From assembly GCA_944350285.1 (NCBI GenBank), contig CALVOL010000001.1:1-49421 (forward strand): 49,421 nt of DNA. Direction: 5' to 3'. The translations under genes were made by a program, and so were the position numbers. The DNA is from an uncultured Bacilli bacterium (lineage in GTDB: Bacteria; Bacillota_I; Bacilli_A; RF39; UBA660). The notes under the pieces were generated by a model. It was not told the DNA's origin. It did no database searches and was given only the letters and a program-made list of their open reading frames with translations. Below, piece after piece: positions 27,523 through 35,375 of the stretch (the first letter of the stretch is position 1; each line of letters opens with the position of its first letter).

Positions 27523-27903
27523 GAAAAAATTTTGTTTATTCATTGCCAAGTGTTTTCCTATATACAAAAAATTCATGAATCAAGAAGAAATATTCATGAG
27601 ACTTCTATTTCTTTTAGGATTCCTGGTTCATGGATGATTTTTTCGGAAGTGAAGCACGATAAGGATTTGTTTTATCAAAGTTTTTCTACATCAATAGTGA
27701 ATCAAAGGGATATGGAGTTGTATTATAATGGGATTGTTCCTATTTGTGTGAAATATCATAATCCTGATTTAGAATCCAGTTCTTCTTATGACGTAAGTGA
27801 AGCTTTTTATGAGTTTCAGCGTTCTAAAGAACGTCTTTTGCTTACCGTTCGTGATAATGTTTATGAAACAGTAAGGGGATCTCGAAGGAATTTAAAAAAT
27901 TAA
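27511..27903 (+). CDS. hypothetical protein (130 aa)
   Basis: It is an isolated plus-strand ORF, divergent from the T-box promoter and followed by a terminator. I recognise no motif. Confidence 0.4.
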   Translation: MDFQEKILFIHCQVFSYIQKIHESRRNIHETSISFRIPGSWMIFSEVKHDKDLFYQSFSTSIVNQRDMELYYNGIVPICVKYHNPDLESSSSYDVSEAFYEFQRSKERLLLTVRDNVYETVRGSRRNLKN

Positions 27904-27926
27904 TCAAAAAAATTGTTTTACAAAAA

Positions 27927-27967
27927 AAGAAATGTTTCTTCATCAGTAAGACATTTCTTTTATTTTG
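27927..27967. terminator. bidirectional rho-independent terminator
   Basis: AAGAAATGT (27927-27935) pairs with ACATTTCTT (27951-27959). It is flanked by an A-run upstream and a T-run downstream, so it can serve both convergent genes. Confidence 0.55.
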
Positions 27968-28055
27968 ACTAAAACTACTTTATTGGCTGTCTCTGGTTCT
28001 ACTATAATCTATTTGCATTATCTTTCTTTCCACTATCTATAACTAACATAAATAT

Positions 28056-28568
28056 TTACTTATGTCCTTTTAAACCGTATTTCTTGGTAATAGGGTCTTT
28101 AAATAGAAAGTTCTTTAATGGAAGTAATGTCGCGGTCATATAAAAACCGAAGATTATAAATAGTAAGACTGCTCCACTGTAACTAAATATATATGGGACA
28201 GCTGGACCATTTAGTACATAATAAAATAAAGATTGGCCTAAGAATATTGCAACATAGAAAATAAGAATATCTATTATTAGGACGTGTTTTTTTAGTATGT
28301 AAGAATACAGATAAAATAATACAGGAATTACTACAATCATCGTTAGTAAACTCATGGATTTGGCAAGAAAGTAATTAGGATTTGCTCCGTACAAAAAGCC
28401 GTCAATTAATCCCCATAATAAGGATGGGGTTAAAGCTATTTTGATGTGTTCCCAGGTACTTTCGTTTACGGCTGCGAATAAGCCAATCATTTTATTATGG
28501 CCACTCCAATCATAGAGAAAATGGAACAATGTTCCTACAATAGAAATAATAATAAATGAAAACCACAT
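28056..28568 (-). CDS. small integral membrane protein (about 5 TM), function unknown
   Basis: It is 170 aa and hydrophobic throughout. It has a conserved-looking HFLYDWSGHN ... ESTWEHIKI N-terminal pattern. Confidence 0.5.
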   Translation of the reverse strand: MWFSFIIISIVGTLFHFLYDWSGHNKMIGLFAAVNESTWEHIKIALTPSLLWGLIDGFLYGANPNYFLAKSMSLLTMIVVIPVLFYLYSYILKKHVLIIDILIFYVAIFLGQSLFYYVLNGPAVPYIFSYSGAVLLFIIFGFYMTATLLPLKNFLFKDPITKKYGLKGHK

Positions 28569-28592
28569 ACTGAACTCCTTTCTCGTTTTATC

Positions 28593-30344
28593 TTATGCGT
28601 TTTTTTCGATCATCATTCTTTTTCCTTTGACCAATGGATTGATTTTCCTTCTTTTAATCTCAGGATATGAGGTAGCTGGCACGTTACGAATTGTTCGGAA
28701 TGTTTTGAGTAAATTTTGTAATTCTTTGTCTTCAGCGTTATTTAATATTTCAAAACACTCTATTTCATGATAAGTATATAATTCTTCATAGGTAAGAAGC
28801 CCTTTTTCAATTGCACGCTTTGTAATGGTTGCTAAAAGGTTCATCATGTAGTTATCTTCGGTGCTATGACATAGTTTATCGATTTCTTTATTTATGCTCA
28901 CTACTTTTTTTGCAACAGCCATACTTGTAAATCCTAATTCCTCTTCTTTTTCTTCGTTTTCATAAATGGCAAGATGGTTTATAATTTCTGATATTTCTTT
29001 TTGAGTCATGTTTTTTGTCCAGCCTATGGCACTGGTAATAATTCCATCTAAGCGGTCGACACATAGCTTTGGTCTTTTGTTATCGACTACTGGAAAGGCT
29101 TTAAAATTTATAATTTCTTCTAGTTTGATATGGTCAAGTTCTAGTAACTTCTGTAATTCAGAGTCGTTTTTTAATATTTTTTCTGTATATTCTTCTGTAT
29201 TTTCTTGGGTGATATAATCACCGTTCATATAGTCAATTACGTGGGAGAAACTTGGTGTTGCTACATCATGGAACAGTCCTGCTATCGCTTCTTTTTTAGA
29301 ACCTGTTAATTTGTATGTTAGAAGGGCTACAGAAAGGCTATGGTCATAACGACTAATATATTCTTTAAAGGAATATATGTGTTTTGAAGCATAGTCCATG
29401 CCACAGAAATAGCCTACTTTTTTTAAGCGGAGCAAGCATGGAACTGAAAGATATTTTGTTAAGAACTCAGGCATTTTTTGAAATCCTAGTAAATCTAAAT
29501 AATATTGTTCTAAAGAAATTTCAAACGTATCTTGGCACTTTCTACAATAGTAGGTACTTCGTCCTCCGACAAATACTTTTTCTATTTTGGTACCGCAGAT
29601 TGTACAAAACTCCCCTTCTTTTTGATGAACCATTAAGTGAGTCTGAAATCTTCCTGTCACGCCTAAAGAGCTTGTGTAACTCCGAATGGTTGTTCCGCCG
29701 TCCTTGATAGCTAACTCAATAATTTTTTTCGCAGATTTTTTTATTCTTTCGCATTTTTCTAACGTGATATCACACCCTTTTTTGAAAGGAGAAATGCGAG
29801 CATCAAATAACACCTCATCGGCATAAATGTTACCTAGGCCACTGATGATAGTCTGATCTAGTAAAAGGGTTTTCATTGGTAAGTTTCTTTTTTGAAATTT
29901 TTCTTTTAAATATTCTTTGGATAGTCTTTCATCTATTGGTTCTAGTCCTTGTTTTTTTATTCCTTCAAATTCATAAAGGTGTTCTTTTAACACTATTTTC
30001 ATTCTGCCAAATTTTCTAGTGTCATGGTAACGCATATCGCTTCCATCTTCGAAAACAAATTCTACATGTTCATGTTTTTCTATTATGTCATCTTCTTGTT
30101 TTAGATAGTACTTTCCTTCCATTCTTAAGTGACTTAGTAAATAATGAGTCTCTGTTTCAAAAAGTAGCCACTTCCCTATCCTTTTTATATCAATAAATTC
30201 TTTCCCAATTAAATTTTCTTTGAAATAGTTTTCATCATCTAATAAAATAGGTGTATAAAACACTTTGAAATCCACAATTTTTTTATGTAATATTCTTTTC
30301 TTTAATGTGTTTCTTACCGTTTCTACTTCTGCTATCTCTGGCAT
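28593..30344 (-). CDS. mutM: fusion protein: formamidopyrimidine-DNA glycosylase (Fpg/MutM) + HD-domain phosphohydrolase
   Basis: The start is reassigned to ATG 30342-30344, which follows a GAGGGTGG SD and gives the obligatory MPE... N-terminus (catalytic Pro2/Glu3). The Fpg part ends with the zinc finger CTICG-x16-CRKC at about 29532. The same frame continues into RLKKVGYFCG...YDHSLSVALL...LFHDVATPSFSHVIDY, an HD/dNTPase-like domain. Confidence 0.8.
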   Translation of the reverse strand: MPEIAEVETVRNTLKKRILHKKIVDFKVFYTPILLDDENYFKENLIGKEFIDIKRIGKWLLFETETHYLLSHLRMEGKYYLKQEDDIIEKHEHVEFVFEDGSDMRYHDTRKFGRMKIVLKEHLYEFEGIKKQGLEPIDERLSKEYLKEKFQKRNLPMKTLLLDQTIISGLGNIYADEVLFDARISPFKKGCDITLEKCERIKKSAKKIIELAIKDGGTTIRSYTSSLGVTGRFQTHLMVHQKEGEFCTICGTKIEKVFVGGRSTYYCRKCQDTFEISLEQYYLDLLGFQKMPEFLTKYLSVPCLLRLKKVGYFCGMDYASKHIYSFKEYISRYDHSLSVALLTYKLTGSKKEAIAGLFHDVATPSFSHVIDYMNGDYITQENTEEYTEKILKNDSELQKLLELDHIKLEEIINFKAFPVVDNKRPKLCVDRLDGIITSAIGWTKNMTQKEISEIINHLAIYENEEKEEELGFTSMAVAKKVVSINKEIDKLCHSTEDNYMMNLLATITKRAIEKGLLTYEELYTYHEIECFEILNNAEDKELQNLLKTFRTIRNVPATSYPEIKRRKINPLVKGKRMMIEKNA

Positions 30345-30414
30345 ACGACCACCCTCGTACATTCATGGTAACAAAAAGAAGAAAAAAACACAATAGTTAT
30401 TTTCTTTTTATAAA

Positions 30415-30422
30415 TTCATAAT
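30415..30422. repeat. target-site duplication, left copy (TTCATAAT)
   Basis: It is identical to the 8-mer at 32044-32051 and lies immediately outside the IS terminal inverted repeat. Confidence 0.85.
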
Positions 30423-30472
30423 GTTACAGTTTTGTGAGACGCACAGAAAAAGAGTGAAAATCAGAGTTTCAC

Positions 30473-31923
30473 TTAGATAATAACAGGATTGTTTTCAAAA
30501 GCAAAGATAATAGCTTTTAATACATTGATATCCTGTTTTTTATATGTATTGATACAACTTCTTATCACCGCATAATTTTCTGCTCCCTCTACACATCGAA
30601 ATTTTCCTATTTTTGTTTGATTTTTATATTTCTTTGATCCAATTCTGCTTGATTGTTTGTAGCAGGAATCTTAAAATCTTCTAAAAAATATAAAATTTCT
30701 TTTTTATCATCATCCTCCATTCTAGAAAGAAGTTTCCTTTCATCATCATAAACCGGATTTTCTACAGAATCACTATACATCCATTCCTTTTTCCATCTTT
30801 TTAAAATGGCATCGTATTTTTGATATTTTTCATTGAGCTGTTCTTTTGTATATTCTAATACTCCGGCCTTTATTTTTTCTTTTCTTTCATGAATACATGC
30901 ACTTAGAAACTCATCCATTTCCTTGGCTGATGGATGATCTACTTTTGTATAAATTCCTTTTAAATATCTTTGAATATGACAAATGCATTGTGCTAGCATT
31001 GCTCCAAATCCATTGTAGAGTTCTGTTCCATCTTTTACGATGATTCCTTGATATTGTGGAAGAAACCCTATTTCTTTTAATGCATCATGACTTTTATGTT
31101 TCTGAATCCATAGCCTGGTATATTTTGAATTACTAGCACATAAATCATTGTATCCGTCTCCATTGATTTTAATTTGAGACTCATCATGATTAATATAATA
31201 GGAATTTAATAACTGTGTTTCAATTTCAGTAATTTCTTTTTCTAGTTTTTCTGCTAACTCTTTATTCCAACGTATTAATGTACTTTTTGATAACTCAATT
31301 CCACCATTGGTAATATCTCCAATAAATTTACATACACCGTCTGTTGAATTATAGACTTCATTCATCAATATGTTCGTGATTGCTTTGATATTAGAACCAT
31401 ATTGAATACTACGATTATGATATTCTGGAATGGAATAATTTCCATCTTCATCAGGATAATACCGATATTCTATAATTTGTTTTACTACCTTAATATCTAT
31501 CACTCTAACACTTCGATAGGGTTTATTCTGATTCTTCTTATTTTTATTTACTTCTATGGTAACCATTTCTACATCTCCAGAGTTAATTAATTTTTGAACT
31601 TTTTCTTCTGACAAATTAGTACTGGAAAATCCTTTTGGTTTTCCTGGCTTTTTATGACTTGGTGTTCTATTATTAGAAACGACTTTTTTATATCCATTCG
31701 TACTAGATGGTTTACTAGAATTACTTCTATATTTTTCTATAATGTTTTTTAAACGATTGTTCTCAATTCTTAGGTCTTGGATTGTTTGTTTTAATTCAGC
31801 AACCGTTTGTTTTAACTCTTGATTTTCCTTTCTCAATTGTTGATTTATTTTTCTTTCTTGAGCTAAGGCTTCTTGTGTTTCTAATAATTCATTATATAAT
31901 CCTAATCTATAATTACTTGCCAT
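30473..31923 (-). pseudogene. IS66-family transposase with a 1-nt frameshift near the 3' end
   Basis: It has an N-terminal coiled coil (ELKQTVAELKQTIQDLRIENNRLK), the SKPSS...KKPGKPKG segment and PATNNQAELDQRNIKIKQK, all typical of IS66 TnpC. The track ORF stops at 30607. Another frame continues IGKFRCVEGAENYAVIRSCINTYKKQDINVLKAIIFAFENNPVII* to 30473. Restoring one A in the A5 run (30610-30614) gives 483 aa. Confidence 0.75.
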
Positions 31924-31967
31924 ATGACACCGCCTTTATTTTTGTAATTATAGTTTCGCATATTTTT

Positions 31968-32001
31968 CAAAAAAAACAATCGGCATTTATCACGATTGTT
32001 T
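31968..32001 (-). terminator. terminator-like hairpin just inside the IS right end, upstream of the transposase gene
   Basis: The minus RNA forms AAACAAUCG-10 nt-CGAUUGUUU (31974-32001) followed by a U-run. This is the usual arrangement that shields an IS transposase gene from outside read-through. Confidence 0.45.
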
Positions 32002-32018
32002 AAAAAAATTTCTTTTTT

Positions 32019-32915
32019 TCACCTTTTCTCACAAAACTGTAACTTCATAATTTCTTTTTGACTTAATTTCGTTGCTTTCATAATATCTTCAATACTATAG
32101 TTTAAATCTAGTAAATTTTTTGCAATAGCAATTTTCTCTTCTCTCTTCCCAAAATCATGTCCTACATCATAACCAGAACCATAGCCGGAGTCATATCCTG
32201 TTTCATATGCATCTTTTTTATCTACTTCATGAGCCTCATCGATATCATAATACATTGCAAAATCATCATCTGCCATTAATTCTTTTGCTTTCTTTATTAT
32301 CTTCATATATTCTTCATCTCCTTCATATTTCTCTATTAATTCTTCTATATTTAAATTTTCTTTTAACAATAAGCCAAATTTTCTAACATCTTCATCTATA
32401 TTATAGTTGGTATTTGTAATATTTTCAAGAATAAGGTGATACGATGTATAAAGTCCATGTTCTAAAGTTTCATCATCTTTCGACTCAAATTTTAATAATG
32501 GTTCTTTTCTTTTAAAATGATTAAAGGCATCAATGTTGACTAAAACTATTTTAGGATAAAATAAAGGTCGTGGCTTAATCTTAGAGAGTAATATTGAATA
32601 AGCATAAGATGCATTTTTCTCAAAAATATGTTTATCATAAGAGCGATTTATTTCTACAATAATATAGGTATCATTAGCCACTTGAATAATCACATCACTA
32701 TTTTTACCTTTTTCATTCATATTTCTTTTAGGAATTTCTCCACCCATAAATACAGATTCTGCAATACGATCACTAGATATTTTAGTAATGCCACTTAAAA
32801 AATTACTAATTGTGTTTCTTAATGATTTACTTCTTATGATACTCTTTGCCATCGCATCATTCATAAAATGAATTTTTTTCTCTTCTAGTTTTTCTTTCTC
32901 AACAGTTGCATTCAT
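32019..32915 (-). CDS. Rpn-family recombination-promoting nuclease / PD-(D/E)XK putative transposase, 3' end altered by the IS insertion
   Basis: It has the DVIIQVANDTYIIVEIN core and a C-terminal REEKIAIAKNLLDLNYSIEDIMKATKLSQKEI tail, both typical of the family. The last 8 codons (KLQFCEKR*) are read from IS sequence. The pre-insertion reading would end ...EIMNL* at 30408. The likely start is ATG 32913-32915, after a GGAGG. The track starts at 32936. Confidence 0.65.
   Translation of the reverse strand: MNATVEKEKLEEKKIHFMNDAMAKSIIRSKSLRNTISNFLSGITKISSDRIAESVFMGGEIPKRNMNEKGKNSDVIIQVANDTYIIVEINRSYDKHIFEKNASYAYSILLSKIKPRPLFYPKIVLVNIDAFNHFKRKEPLLKFESKDDETLEHGLYTSYHLILENITNTNYNIDEDVRKFGLLLKENLNIEELIEKYEGDEEYMKIIKKAKELMADDDFAMYYDIDEAHEVDKKDAYETGYDSGYGSGYDVGHDFGKREEKIAIAKNLLDLNYSIEDIMKATKLSQKEIMKLQFCEKR
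32044..32051. repeat. target-site duplication, right copy (TTCATAAT)
   Basis: See the left copy at 30415-30422. Confidence 0.85.
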
Positions 32916-32944
32916 TGAAATAAAACCTCCATTCATGGCTATTT

Positions 32945-32973
32945 ATTCTAATGACCGTGGCGAAAAAAAGCAA
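32945..32973 (-). promoter_or_regulatory. possible promoter of the Rpn-like gene
   Basis: The minus strand reads TTGCTT (32968-32973), 17 nt, then TAGAAT (32945-32950). Confidence 0.35.
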
Positions 32974-33001
32974 CGAGAGATTTTGTAATGTTTTGTCGAA
33001 G

Positions 33002-33028
33002 AAAATAAAAAAGAAGATTTTCTCTTCT
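33002..33028 (-). terminator. weak terminator after the secreted-protein gene
   Basis: AGAAGA-GAAAA-UCUUCU (33012-33028) is followed by a U-rich tract, directly after the stop at 33030. The stem is only 6 bp. Confidence 0.35.
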
Positions 33029-33029
33029 C

Positions 33030-35000
33030 TTACGTTGTTTTTACTACGAATGGTTCATTTTGGGTTCCAATTCCAGATTCGATTTCAACATTGGCATTGA
33101 GGTTAATGACTGGTCTAACCAAAAGATTTAAATTCATTGAACCATTTGCATTTGCATACCCTGAATTATAAGAATAATATACGTTGGCTCTGCTTGTGCG
33201 CTCTAAAAAATAACTTGGCGATAATGTCCAATACCCAGCAGAAGAATAAACATAAGATAAAGGATTTAAATAGTTATTTGCATAACCTGATAAATATAAT
33301 TCATCATTCGTTATTAATCCGATTGGATAAGCTAAAGACTGATTGCCGATTTCATTCGACACCGTAAATAAATCTCCTTTAATATCTGAACACATTAATG
33401 AAGGATTATATCTAGTATACCTTTCTCTTGATGAATAGTAAGTTGTATTTTCTGTATTAAGTCCATCTCCATTCCAGTCATAACTTGCTAAAGTTCTATC
33501 ATTGCAAAATCCTGAATCTGTTATATAACTAGAATAATTATTTAAGTTTGCTTGATACCAATTTTCTAAATATATTTTTATTATGGAGTTATTTATATTT
33601 GCATTGACTTCATCTAGTGTAGTTCCATTGATGTCTCCATACATATATCCTGAATATAACGGTTTATTGACCGCATCATTAAATTTTGAAAATCCAATTC
33701 CTAAGTTTTCTCCTGTTGCATCTTTTGTATTTCCTGCATAAAGTAATCTAATACTTCCATCACCGTTGATTCTTATGATCCTCCAATAATATCCTGCAAA
33801 ATAAACATAGTTATTTTTTACACTCCCACGATAGTAATAACTTGTCCCATAATCGTCTTGCATCGCATATAATCCTTTATCACTCTTATCACTTTCTAAC
33901 TCTGTTTGATTATACCGATATCCAGTAAAAGTATATTGAATTGCCGGATACGTTTGACCATTAAAATCTGTTAGAGAAGTTTCTGTCTTGGTTACTCCCG
34001 TCACTTTCCGAATTGCTAGACCATAATTATTTGTAGAAGAATTCATTACTCCAGAAGAATTAATATCAGTAAAAGCTGAATAAAAATAATAATCATTGTT
34101 TTCATAATCTAGTGAGGTTGGATCTACATATTGTAAATTATTAATAGTATAATAGCCAGTTTCTGGATCAAACGTATAACTTGTTCCAACTGCTGGATAA
34201 ACATTTTCATCTGTTAGGTTTACTGCATAGTCTTTGCCACTTCCTACATCAGCTGGATCAGCCATATTTGCGGTTATGGAAGATGTAGTTGACTCGTGAC
34301 TTTCTTGCCATTCAATAATCGGAGCTGTTTTTGTAAAGTCTGGTTGTTGTTTTTGATTTATTTTGTCAATTGCAACTTGAACATCAGTCGTTTGATATTC
34401 GTTGGCTAGAATCGCATCGTGTAGTGTGGTGATTCCATTTTCTACTGGACTATACGTACTTGGAGTTGCTGTAATTACTATTCTTGCTTGAAACGTTTTA
34501 TTCATCGCATCATCTTCTACTGTGACATCTTCATCAAGCCATATTCTTAAGGCATAGTCTTCACTGTCTCCTGTTCCTAAAGAACCCGTTCCTAATATGT
34601 ATGCTTCTTTATAAAGGCTAGAGTCTGATACTGCTATAGTTTCTAGTTCATCTAATGTTTGAATGGCATTCGTGTTTAACATACTTGCTATATAGTTACT
34701 ATTTAGAGTACTTTCTTTCGTAATTTCTAATGTGATGGTATAGCTTGCAAATAAGTCACAGGTGTTTTCTACGGTAAAAGAATAAGGCACGGTTTGTCTT
34801 CCTTCTTCATCTAATAAAGGGTATGCATTTACTAAATTAATTGCATTTTCTTCTTTTGTTAGACTTAAACTTAAACAGGTACTTGCTATACGATTTATTC
34901 CTGTTTGGGATAATGTTAATCTCCAATACGCATAACTAACACCTATTATACATATAACACCTATTAGAGATCCTATCATTAACATTGTTTTCTTTTTCAT
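33030..35000 (-). CDS. large secreted or membrane-anchored protein of unknown function (Asn/Tyr/Ser/Thr-rich)
   Basis: The start is reassigned to ATG 34998-35000, after a GAGGGTGG SD, giving MKKKTMLMIGSLIGVICIIGVSYAYW (a signal peptide or anchor). The C-terminal part contains YYWRIIRINGDGSIRLLYAG and GYWTLSP...LLVRPVINL. These patterns recur in uncharacterised extracellular proteins of Firmicutes. Confidence 0.55.
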   Translation of the reverse strand: MKKKTMLMIGSLIGVICIIGVSYAYWRLTLSQTGINRIASTCLSLSLTKEENAINLVNAYPLLDEEGRQTVPYSFTVENTCDLFASYTITLEITKESTLNSNYIASMLNTNAIQTLDELETIAVSDSSLYKEAYILGTGSLGTGDSEDYALRIWLDEDVTVEDDAMNKTFQARIVITATPSTYSPVENGITTLHDAILANEYQTTDVQVAIDKINQKQQPDFTKTAPIIEWQESHESTTSSITANMADPADVGSGKDYAVNLTDENVYPAVGTSYTFDPETGYYTINNLQYVDPTSLDYENNDYYFYSAFTDINSSGVMNSSTNNYGLAIRKVTGVTKTETSLTDFNGQTYPAIQYTFTGYRYNQTELESDKSDKGLYAMQDDYGTSYYYRGSVKNNYVYFAGYYWRIIRINGDGSIRLLYAGNTKDATGENLGIGFSKFNDAVNKPLYSGYMYGDINGTTLDEVNANINNSIIKIYLENWYQANLNNYSSYITDSGFCNDRTLASYDWNGDGLNTENTTYYSSRERYTRYNPSLMCSDIKGDLFTVSNEIGNQSLAYPIGLITNDELYLSGYANNYLNPLSYVYSSAGYWTLSPSYFLERTSRANVYYSYNSGYANANGSMNLNLLVRPVINLNANVEIESGIGTQNEPFVVKTT

Positions 35001-35013
35001 TTGCACCACCCTC

Positions 35014-35058
35014 ACAACTATTGGTTGTATTTTTAAATATTATACAACTTGTAGTTGT
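35014..35058. promoter_or_regulatory. operator-like palindromes in the divergent XRE / secreted-protein intergenic region
   Basis: The palindromes are ACAACtattgGTTGT (35014-35028) and ACAACTtgtAGTTGT (35044-35058). A further AGTTGT half-site lies at 35078-35083. Confidence 0.4.
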
Positions 35059-35111
35059 CTGTGTCAATACAATTTTTAGTTGTACGTTAGAATATGCTTG
35101 GGGTGAACAAA

Positions 35112-35339
35112 ATGAACATAGATCGCTTAAAAGAACTACGAGAAGATAAGGATTTACTACAAAAAGACATTGCCAAATTACTGAAAGTATCGCAACAACA
35201 ATATGCCAAATATGAAATGGGGATTAACTCAATCCCTTTAGAAAAAATAAATATTCTAGCAGATTACTACCAAACAAGTGTCGATTATCTTATCAATCGT
35301 ACAAATGAAAGAAAACCATATCCTAAAATCAAAAAATAG
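35112..35339 (+). CDS. XRE-family helix-turn-helix transcriptional regulator
   Basis: It is 75 aa from the ATG at 35112, which follows a GGGGTGA SD. LRELREDKDLLQKDIAKLLKVSQQQYAKYEMG is a classic Cro/C1-type HTH. Confidence 0.8.
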   Translation: MNIDRLKELREDKDLLQKDIAKLLKVSQQQYAKYEMGINSIPLEKINILADYYQTSVDYLINRTNERKPYPKIKK

Positions 35340-35366
35340 CTATCCATTATCAAATAGCTATTTTTT
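35331..35366. terminator. bidirectional terminator between the XRE gene and the end of the surface-protein operon
   Basis: AAAAAATAGCTAT (35331-35343) pairs with ATAGCTATTTTTT (35354-35366) around a 10-nt loop. Confidence 0.6.
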
Positions 35367-35375
35367 CTATTCACT

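Larger units (their letters stand above)
30423..32043 (-). mobile_element. IS66-family insertion sequence, single-ORF ISBst12-like type, 1621 bp
   Basis: It has perfect 17-bp terminal inverted repeats: GTTACAGTTTTGTGAGA at 30423-30439 and its reverse complement at 32027-32043. It is flanked by the 8-bp direct repeat TTCATAAT. It encodes one IS66-type transposase. Confidence 0.85.
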
